From: Myxococcota bacterium
GTDB lineage: Bacteria > Myxococcota_A > Polyangia > Polyangiales > Sandaracinaceae
DNA: 22,910 nt
Direction of reading: 5' to 3'
NCBI GenBank assembly: GCA_036149055.1
Contig: JAYZQJ010000228.1
Span: 1 to 22,910 of the forward strand
Under the pieces are notes generated by a model, which made no database searches, was not told the origin of the DNA, and worked only from the letters and a program-made list of their open reading frames with translations. Within the stretch, counting starts at the first letter, position 1, and each line of letters begins with the position of its first letter. Shown here one piece after another: positions 8,435 through 17,465 of the stretch. Made by a program: the position numbers and the translations under genes.

Positions 8435-8739
8435 GTCTCCGAACGGGTTGGCACCGAGATGTTCCTTGATTCCGCGGCGGCGCTGAACCGCCCCCGAGTT
8501 GACCGGGCATGTGCAGCGCCGGTACAGTGCGCGCGCCGCGAGCGGGGTGTACGCGCGGGTCGGACTCGTGCGACAGGGTGCACGCTCGTAGCAAACGGCT
8601 TGGGGGATGGGATCTCAGGTGGGGACTCGGATCCGATGACCATCGATCGACAGCGACGTCATGAGCCCGCGCGGCCTTCCATCGGGGGGCGCGTGGGGAT
8701 CGGTGCGAGCGGACCGGGATCGACTCGGAGAGGCGACCG

Positions 8740-11472
<2,733 letters not shown>

Positions 11473-11521
11473 TCGCGACGCGGCGGGTGCGCCTCGGTCG
11501 CGTTCGCGTCAGGCTCCCGCC

Positions 11522-12106
11522 GTGTCTCCGTCCCGCAGTACTCTCCGGCGCCGCTCGCGCGTCCAGCGGCAGGCGGGCCTCACCCTGGTCGAGGCCGCGG
11601 CGATCGTCTGCGTCGTCGGCATCATCCTCGCCGTCTTCATCCCGACGTTCATCCGCCAGCTGCGCACCAGCAAGACCAGCGAGGCGGCCGAGCACCTCGA
11701 GCTGCTCCACCAGCGCGCGGCCGCGTACTTCATGGCGAGCCACGAGGGCGAGGAGGGCGCGCTCCTCCGCCGCTGCCTCCCCCCGGTCGCCGGCCCGACG
11801 CCCCGCAACCCGAGCCGCGAGCCGGCGCCCGTCGACTTCTCGAGCGAGGAGACCCCCGGCCACGACACCTGGGCCGCCCTCGGCTTCCAGCCCGAGATCC
11901 CGCTGCGCTACAGCTACACCTTCGAGCCCACCGCCAGCGGCTGCGGCCTGCGCAGCCCTCAGGGCACCTATCTCCTGACCCTGCGCGCCGAAGGCGACCT
12001 CGACGGCGACGGCGAGCGCTCGGTCTTCGAGCGCCGCGCCACCGCCAACGAAGACGGCGAGCTCGAGCCCTTCGGCATCCTCTACGTCCGCGATCGCGCG
12101 GAGTGA
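11522..12106 (+). CDS. Type IV pilin-like protein (minor pilin/pseudopilin)
   Basis: Basic leader, class III site QAG|LTLVE, hydrophobic helix, RTSKTSEA, and C-terminal AEGDLDGDG shared with the other two pilins. Confidence 0.88.
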   Translation: MSPSRSTLRRRSRVQRQAGLTLVEAAAIVCVVGIILAVFIPTFIRQLRTSKTSEAAEHLELLHQRAAAYFMASHEGEEGALLRRCLPPVAGPTPRNPSREPAPVDFSSEETPGHDTWAALGFQPEIPLRYSYTFEPTASGCGLRSPQGTYLLTLRAEGDLDGDGERSVFERRATANEDGELEPFGILYVRDRAE

Positions 12107-12119
12107 GCCGAGGACCCGG

Positions 12120-13715
12120 CTACCGGGGGGCGGGCGCCTCGCCCTCGAGCAGGAACCGGCGGGCGCGTTGGCAGTCCGGTCGCCCGGGCCAGACCTCGAG
12201 GCATCGGTCGAGATGGCGGAGGGCGAGCTCCCGGTCGGGCTCGCGGAGCGCGTTCACCACGACGAGGTGGTAGGGCGCCTCCTCCCGCCGTCCGCGGAAC
12301 AGCGCGATGCTCTCGCGGGCGAGGGCGGTCGCGTCCTCCTGGCGCCCGGTCGCGTTGAGGGCGCGCGCGAGGTGGATGCGGTAGCGGTGCTCGTCGGGGT
12401 CGAGCGCGACGGCGCGGGCGAGCGGGGGGATCGCGGCCTCGAGGTCGCGCTCCTCGTAGCGCGTGATGCCCAGGAAGCCGTGGGCCATCGCGCTCTCTGG
12501 GTTCGCGGCGATCGCGTCGGCGTAGAGTCGTTCGGTGTCCTGGAAGCTGTTGGTGAAGGACCACGCGAGGGCCGCGAGCAGCAGCACGTGGAGGGCGCCG
12601 AGCGCCGCACGAATCGCCGGGCGCGCCCGCAGCTCGCCCCCGAGCTCCGCCAGCGCCCACGCGAGCCCGGCGAGGGGGATGTACAGGTAGCGCCCGAACC
12701 CGGGCCAGAGGACCGTGCTGATGATGGCGACCGGGACCAGCGGGGCGAAGAACCAGAGGGTCGACCAGGCGGCGACCGGGAAGCGTCGCCGCGCTCGCCA
12801 CGCCAGCGTCGCGATGACGAGCAGCGCGACGCACGCGAGGGTGATGTGAACGGCTTCGAGGCCCGCGTAGTCGTCGCGCAGGCTGCGCAGGTGAGGCGTC
12901 GCGGGCGCGGCGGCCTGGCGCAGCCCATCCAGGAGCAGCCACGGTAGGTTCCACGCGGCGTCGAGCAGCATGTCGGCGTCGCGGTGCGCGCGCGCTCCCC
13001 CGAGCACCCAGGTGCGAGCCGTCAGGTAGATCGCGGCGGGCAACACGAGCGGCAGCAGGCGCCCACGCGAGCGCGTGGTCCATGGTTCGTCTCGTTCGGG
13101 CGGGCCCGGCATGAGCGCGAGGGCCGGGAGGACGAGGAGCAGCGTCTCCTTGGAGAACAGCCCGAGGGTGAGGCACGCGGCGGCGCCGGCTCGCCATCGC
13201 CAGCGGTCACGACGACGCTCGGCCTCCAGCAGGGCCCGAAGCGCCGCCAGCCCGAAGAGCAACGCCAGCGGATCCGACCTGCCGTTCAGCCAGACGTGCG
13301 CCTCGACTCCCCACGGGTGGGCCGCGAAGACCGCGGCTCCGTAGAACGCGGCCCACCGGCTCTTCAGCCAGAAGGCGCCGATCGCGAACACGAGGAGAGC
13401 GCACCCCACGTGGAGGAGCGCGGCGGTGACGTGGAACGCCCAGGGGTCGCGCCCGGAGATCATGGCGTCGAGCGTGAAGCTCGTCAGCGGCATGGGGCGA
13501 TAGGTGTCGACGGGCTGGAGGCCCGGGTCGTAGCGCGACGCGACCAGCGTGTGCGAGGTCCACGCGTCGAGCAGGCGAGCGGGGTCGTGGATCAGCGCCC
13601 CGTCGCGGATCACGTCGTCGTCGTCGAAGACCCAGTCGTTGTCGAACCGCCCCACGCTCACGGCGACGGCCAGCGCCGCGACCGCGAGGGGGAGCCAGCG
13701 GGTCGCGGGCTTCAT
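12120..13715 (-). CDS. TMTC-like GT-C glycosyltransferase (protein O-mannosyltransferase-like) with C-terminal TPRs
   Basis: ATG 13715 overlaps the upstream TGA (ATGA). NDWVFDDDDVI acidic loop after TM1, YRP, HPWGVEAHVWLNGRSD, SKE, RYLYIP, many TM helices, then TPR-like helices (AIAANPESAMAHGFLG, AVALDPDEH). Confidence 0.8.
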   Translation of the reverse strand: MKPATRWLPLAVAALAVAVSVGRFDNDWVFDDDDVIRDGALIHDPARLLDAWTSHTLVASRYDPGLQPVDTYRPMPLTSFTLDAMISGRDPWAFHVTAALLHVGCALLVFAIGAFWLKSRWAAFYGAAVFAAHPWGVEAHVWLNGRSDPLALLFGLAALRALLEAERRRDRWRWRAGAAACLTLGLFSKETLLLVLPALALMPGPPERDEPWTTRSRGRLLPLVLPAAIYLTARTWVLGGARAHRDADMLLDAAWNLPWLLLDGLRQAAAPATPHLRSLRDDYAGLEAVHITLACVALLVIATLAWRARRRFPVAAWSTLWFFAPLVPVAIISTVLWPGFGRYLYIPLAGLAWALAELGGELRARPAIRAALGALHVLLLAALAWSFTNSFQDTERLYADAIAANPESAMAHGFLGITRYEERDLEAAIPPLARAVALDPDEHRYRIHLARALNATGRQEDATALARESIALFRGRREEAPYHLVVVNALREPDRELALRHLDRCLEVWPGRPDCQRARRFLLEGEAPAPR

Positions 13716-14596
13716 GGCGGGGAGGGAGACGCGAGCGCGGCGGGGAGGCCCTCGCGGATGGGGCGCTCCAGGTCGACGGGAGGGCGCTCGCCCACGAGGA
13801 TGAAGAGGTCGGCCGAGAGGTACGGGAAGTCCCGGCGTCGCTTGCTCTCGAGCTCGCTCACGATCGCGACGAGGGCGTCCGCGCGCGCCTGCTCCCGCAG
13901 ACCGCGGATCCGCTCGGTGATCCGCGCGCGCAGCGCGGGGTCGTCCACGTGGTGATAGGTCTCCTCGAGGTGCCGCACGGCCTGCTCGTTGCGGCCGAGG
14001 TGCATCATCAGGGCCGAGTTCGCCAGCCCCATCCACTCCGGGGCCGCTCCGAGGCGAGCCGCCCTCATCAGGTGCGGCAGCCCGCGGGCGCGCGCGCGAT
14101 CTGCGGCCTCCTCGTCGTCCTCGTGGAGCGGCGCGAGCTCGAACACGAGCGCCGCCCCGAGGCTCCAGGCCAGCTCACCGTCCTCGGGGAAGCGCTCGGC
14201 GCCTCGCTCCATGATCTGGACCGCTCGCTCGACGTCGTCCGGGGTGATGGCGACCGGGCGGTACAGACCCGCGACCCCGACCCAGCGGTAGACGGCCGCG
14301 AAGTCCGGGTCGAGCGCCAGCATCGCGTCGGCGTAGCGGTAGACGTGGGAGACGTCGCCGCCGTGCACGAACTCTTCCCCGAAATAGACGAGCGCCCGCA
14401 TCCAGAGCAGGCTCGCAGCCGCCTCGTCCCAGTTGAGGGAGAAGACCGGCAGCCACTCGGACGGCGGCAAGTAGTAGACGGCTTCGTAGGTCTGAGCCGC
14501 CTGATACTCGTCATGCGCGTGGGTCCGCAGCTCGGAGGCGGTCACGGCCGACAGCGCCAGCGCCGCGAGGGCGAGGACGGTTCCGAGAGCTCTCAC
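13712..14596 (-). CDS. TPR-like pilus accessory protein resembling Myxococcus PilG / Geobacter XapA
   Basis: N-terminal hydrophobic anchor. Motifs ASLLWMRALVYFG, LALDPDF..VY, MERGAERFPED. Lies immediately downstream of pilA. Preferred start GTG 14596 (MRALGTVLALAAL); alternative GTG 14623. Confidence 0.65.
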   Translation of the reverse strand: MRALGTVLALAALALSAVTASELRTHAHDEYQAAQTYEAVYYLPPSEWLPVFSLNWDEAAASLLWMRALVYFGEEFVHGGDVSHVYRYADAMLALDPDFAAVYRWVGVAGLYRPVAITPDDVERAVQIMERGAERFPEDGELAWSLGAALVFELAPLHEDDEEAADRARARGLPHLMRAARLGAAPEWMGLANSALMMHLGRNEQAVRHLEETYHHVDDPALRARITERIRGLREQARADALVAIVSELESKRRRDFPYLSADLFILVGERPPVDLERPIREGLPAALASPSPP

Positions 14597-14603
14597 GGGG
14601 TGG

Positions 14604-14609
14604 AGGATA
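14604..14609 (-). promoter_or_regulatory. Putative -10 box TATCCT for a leaderless transcript of the PilG-like gene
   Basis: TATCCT-ccacccc-GTG (7-nt spacer), no SD sequence. Confidence 0.45.
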
Positions 14610-14629
14610 CGCGAGCGGGGCACGGACGG

Positions 14630-14665
14630 AAAAACGAAGACGCCCCCGACGAAGCGGGGGCGTCT
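14630..14665 (-). terminator. Intrinsic terminator of pilA
   Basis: Perfect 11-bp stem agacgcccccg/cgggggcgtct with 6-nt loop, followed on the minus strand by tcgtttttc. Begins about 21 nt after the pilA stop. Confidence 0.85.
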
Positions 14666-14686
14666 CGGGGATCTCCGGAGAGGAGG

Positions 14687-15250
14687 CTACTCGAGCTCGT
14701 TCTGGCGGTAGATGCCCGGGGTCCGGATGAGCACGTTCTGGCTGCTGGAGCCGACCGCGATCTCGAACAGGCTGGTCATGGTGTCGCCGTCGAGGTCGCC
14801 CTCGGCGGAGAAGGTGTAGACCATGGTGTTGTTCGCGGTCCCGCTGCAGGCGTCGGCCGACCCCTGAATGTTGTACCGGAAGTAGATCGGGTCGGCGATG
14901 GCGAAGCCGAGGTCCTGGAAGGACTCCGCCTCGGTCGACCAGTCGACGACGGTCTTGCCCGCGCCGATCGCGTGCGAGGTGCTGGCCGCCGCGACGGTGC
15001 ACGCCGTGGCCGCGACGGTGGTGCCGCCCATGACCTCGACCGACCGCATGCCCCACTGCTCGTCGCTGTAGTAGCCGGACGCGAGCTGGTAGAGGTTCTT
15101 GAGGTTGGCGGCCGCCTCGGACGTCTTCGACCGGCGCATGTAGCCGATGAAAGCGGGAATGGCGATGGCGGCGAGGATGCCGATGATGGCGACGACGATC
15201 ATCAGCTCGATGAGCGTGAAGCCTTCCTTCTTCTTGAGCAGCTTGTACAT
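14687..15250 (-). CDS. pilA: Type IVa major pilin
   Basis: MYKLLKKKEG|FTLIELMIVVAIIGILAAIAIPAF..RSKTSEA. SD GGAG upstream. Own sigma54 promoter and terminator. Two Cys in the head domain. Confidence 0.92.
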   Translation of the reverse strand: MYKLLKKKEGFTLIELMIVVAIIGILAAIAIPAFIGYMRRSKTSEAAANLKNLYQLASGYYSDEQWGMRSVEVMGGTTVAATACTVAAASTSHAIGAGKTVVDWSTEAESFQDLGFAIADPIYFRYNIQGSADACSGTANNTMVYTFSAEGDLDGDTMTSLFEIAVGSSSQNVLIRTPGIYRQNELE

Positions 15251-15323
15251 GGTTCTCCGATGCTCCTGGGGTGCGAGGCCTGACGAACGGCCAGTCCGCG
15301 AAGTTCTGTCGTCCCCAAAGCGA

Positions 15324-15340
15324 TGCAGAGTCGGTGCCAA
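15324..15340 (-). promoter_or_regulatory. Sigma54 (-24/-12) promoter of pilA
   Basis: TTGGCACCGACTCTGCA has exact GG-N10-GC spacing with TGGCAC. Predicted TSS near 15313. Confidence 0.88.
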
Positions 15341-15366
15341 CAGAAGAATCCACCTTCTCGGGCCGT

Positions 15367-15386
15367 TTCCCCCGGTCTCGGGGGAA
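15367..15386. other. Short hairpin between the enhancer-like sites and the sigma54 promoter
   Basis: ttcccccg-gtct-cgggggaa, perfect 8-bp stem. No U-tract on the minus strand. Confidence 0.45.
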
Positions 15387-15436
15387 GGGTGACGAAGATC
15401 GTCGCCCATTGCGGCCGGGGGTGACGATTTTCGTCA
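15387..15436. promoter_or_regulatory. Paired palindromic enhancer (UAS) sites, likely for PilR
   Basis: gggTGACGA-aga-TCGTCG (15390-15404) and gggTGACGA-ttt-TCGTCA (15422-15436). Centres 32 bp apart, about -84 and -116 from the predicted TSS. Confidence 0.72.
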
Positions 15437-15438
15437 GC

Positions 15439-15963
15439 TCACTCCCAGCCCTGGGCCAGGTAGTTCATCGAGCCGTCGCCGATGAAGATGTTGTTCGAGG
15501 CGGAGTAGTTCTCGAAGGTCACGGTCTGCCCGTCGCCGTCGAGATCGCCCCGGGCCTGCCCGATCCACCAGAAGTCGCTGCCGTCGTAGCCGGCGACGCC
15601 GGGCGGCGTGGTCCCGGGCGCTCCGGCCAGGGTGCGGTACTGGAAGCGAGTCGCCCCGTCGGGGTTGGCGCCGAGCTGCGCCCACCCCGCTGCGGTGGCG
15701 TCGAACCCGATCTTGTCTCCGCCCGTCGGCATGGCGGCCGGGTTCCACGCGGGGACGTTGCAGTACTGGCCGAACTCGGCGCGGTAGGCTTCCTGGCGCT
15801 GCTTGATCTCGCCCAGGAACACGACCGCTTCGGCCGTCCGCGAGCGTTGCATGTAGCTCTGGAAGCTGGGGATGGCGACGGCGGCGAGGATGCCGATCAC
15901 CGCGACGACGACCATGAGCTCGATGAGGGTGTACCCCTCGCGGCGGAGACGGGAATGAGGCAC
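15439..15963 (-). CDS. Type IV pilin (second/minor pilin)
   Basis: MPHSRLRREG|YTLIELMVVVAVIGILAAVAIPSF..RSRTAEA and ARGDLDGDG motif. Confidence 0.92.
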   Translation of the reverse strand: MPHSRLRREGYTLIELMVVVAVIGILAAVAIPSFQSYMQRSRTAEAVVFLGEIKQRQEAYRAEFGQYCNVPAWNPAAMPTGGDKIGFDATAAGWAQLGANPDGATRFQYRTLAGAPGTTPPGVAGYDGSDFWWIGQARGDLDGDGQTVTFENYSASNNIFIGDGSMNYLAQGWE

Positions 15964-15969
15964 GGTGGC

Positions 15970-15978
15970 ACGATAGCA
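15970..15978 (-). promoter_or_regulatory. Putative extended -10 (TGcTATCGT), leaderless start of the second pilin
   Basis: TGC-TATCGT-gccacc-GTG, no SD sequence. Confidence 0.5.
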
Positions 15979-16006
15979 TGCAAAGCGCGCGCCCCCGCGC
16001 CGAGCG

Positions 16007-17392
16007 TCATTCGTCCTCGCCGCTGCCGTCGTCTCCCAGCCCGTACTTCTTGAGGCGATAACGGAACGAGCGGAAGCTGAGCCCCAGCAGGCTCGCCGCC
16101 TTCGTGCGCACCCCGCCGGCCTTCTCGAGCGCCTGGAGGATGAGCTCGGTCTCGATCGCGCCGAGGTGCGCGTCCAGATCGAAGCCCGCCTCGATGGTGA
16201 TGGCTCCCGCTCCGCGGCCCACCCCCGGCCGCTCGATCGGCAGATCGGCGAGCACGATCTCGGGCTCGCGGCCCAGCGTCACGGCGCGCTCGATGACGTT
16301 CTCGAGCTCCCGGACGTTGCCCGGGAAGGGCTGGCGGACGAGCCATCGCTGGGCCTCGTCCCCGAGCTCGAGCTTCTTGCCCGCGAGCGCCGCGTGCTTC
16401 CGCACCAGGTGCTCGGCCAGGAGCGGGATGTCCTCCGGGCGGTCTCGGAGCGGGGGGAGATGCAGGCGGATGACGTTGAGCCGATAGAAGAGGTCCTGTC
16501 GGAACGCTCCGCTCTCCACGTCCTTCTCGAGCTCACGGTTCGTCGCGGCGAGCACCCGGACGTCGACCTCGACCTCGCGCGTCCCTCCGACCGGCCGTAC
16601 CCGCCGCTCCTGGAGGAACCGGAGCAGCTTGACCTGCAGGCTGGCCGGGAGCTCTCCGATCTCGTCGAGGAAGAGGGTGCCTCCGTCGGCCTCCCGGACG
16701 ATGCCGGCGCTCTTCGCCGTCGCGCCGGTGAACGCGCCGCGCTCGTGCCCGAAGAGCTCCGACTCCATCAGCGCCTCGGGGAGCGCGCCGCAGTTGACCA
16801 CCACGAACGGGCTGTCCGCGCGCCCGCTCTGATCGTGGATGGCGCGCGCCACCATCTCCTGGCCGGTGCCGCTCTCGCCGGTGAGGAGGACGCTCGTTCG
16901 CGCCGGCGCGATCCGGTCCACCATGTCCATGACCCGCCGCATCGCCGCGCTCCGGCCGACGAGGCGCCCGTGGCTGAAGGAGCCGTCGAGCGTCGCCCGG
17001 AGCGCCTTGTTCTCGCCGACGATCTGCCGCTTCTCGAGCGCCTTCTCGAGGAGCGCGAGCAGCTCGTGGTTCCGGAAGGGCTTCTGGACGAAGTCGTAGG
17101 CGCCGCGGCGCATCGCCTCGACGGCCTGCTCGGTGCCGCCGTAGGCCGTGATCATCAGCACCTGGGTGGTGTCGTCGCGCTCGCGCGCCGCGCTGAGCAC
17201 CTCCATCCCGCTCCCGTCGGGGAGCGCGAGATCGGTGACCACGGCGGCGTACGGCTCGTCGCTCTGGATGCGCGAGAGGGCGTCGGCGCGGTTGGCGGCG
17301 GTGGTCACGTCGTACCCGGCGCGCCCGAGCAGCACGCTGAGCATCTCACGAAGCGCCGCTTCGTCGTCGCACACGAGGATCTGCGCCGGCAT
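16007..17392 (-). CDS. pilR: Sigma54-dependent NtrC-family response regulator (REC-AAA+-HTH), PilR-like, with variant Walker A
   Basis: REC (ILVCDDE, VTDLALPDGSG, MITAYG, KPF). AAA+ (GESGTGQE, ESELFGH, GAFTGA, TLFLDEIGE, RQDLFYRLNV, FPGNVRELEN). HTH ending LGLSFRSFRYRLKK. Adjacent to pilins. Confidence 0.85.
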   Translation of the reverse strand: MPAQILVCDDEAALREMLSVLLGRAGYDVTTAANRADALSRIQSDEPYAAVVTDLALPDGSGMEVLSAARERDDTTQVLMITAYGGTEQAVEAMRRGAYDFVQKPFRNHELLALLEKALEKRQIVGENKALRATLDGSFSHGRLVGRSAAMRRVMDMVDRIAPARTSVLLTGESGTGQEMVARAIHDQSGRADSPFVVVNCGALPEALMESELFGHERGAFTGATAKSAGIVREADGGTLFLDEIGELPASLQVKLLRFLQERRVRPVGGTREVEVDVRVLAATNRELEKDVESGAFRQDLFYRLNVIRLHLPPLRDRPEDIPLLAEHLVRKHAALAGKKLELGDEAQRWLVRQPFPGNVRELENVIERAVTLGREPEIVLADLPIERPGVGRGAGAITIEAGFDLDAHLGAIETELILQALEKAGGVRTKAASLLGLSFRSFRYRLKKYGLGDDGSGEDE

Positions 17393-17401
17393 CGACGCGG
17401 C

Positions 17402-17410
17402 ACCGTATCA
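17402..17410 (-). promoter_or_regulatory. Putative extended -10 (TGaTACGGT) of pilR
   Basis: Lies 9 nt upstream of ATG 17392, no SD sequence. Confidence 0.4.
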
Positions 17411-17427
17411 CGGGCTCACGGTTGCCT

Positions 17428-17457
17428 TTGACGCTGAGGGCGCGTTTCCTGGATGCT
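17428..17457 (+). promoter_or_regulatory. Putative sigma70-type promoter (TTGACG-N18-GATGCT) of the fused methyltransferase gene
   Basis: Near-consensus -35. The -10 is weak and ends 8 nt before ATG 17466. Confidence 0.35.
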
Positions 17458-17465
17458 CGCGCCGC

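Noticed and set aside
8448..8464. TTGGCACCGAGATGTTC as a sigma54 promoter for the kinase
   Set aside because: The -24 element is good but there is no GC at -12 (TT instead).
15251..15409. N-terminal extension of pilA in the ORF track (start 15409)
   Set aside because: It spans the sigma54 promoter and enhancer. ATG 15250 has an SD and gives a typical short prepilin leader.
15966..15982. TGGCACGATAGCATGCA on the plus strand as a sigma54 promoter
   Set aside because: Spacing is GG-N11-GC and it points antisense into pilR. It is better explained as the complement of the extended -10 of the second pilin.
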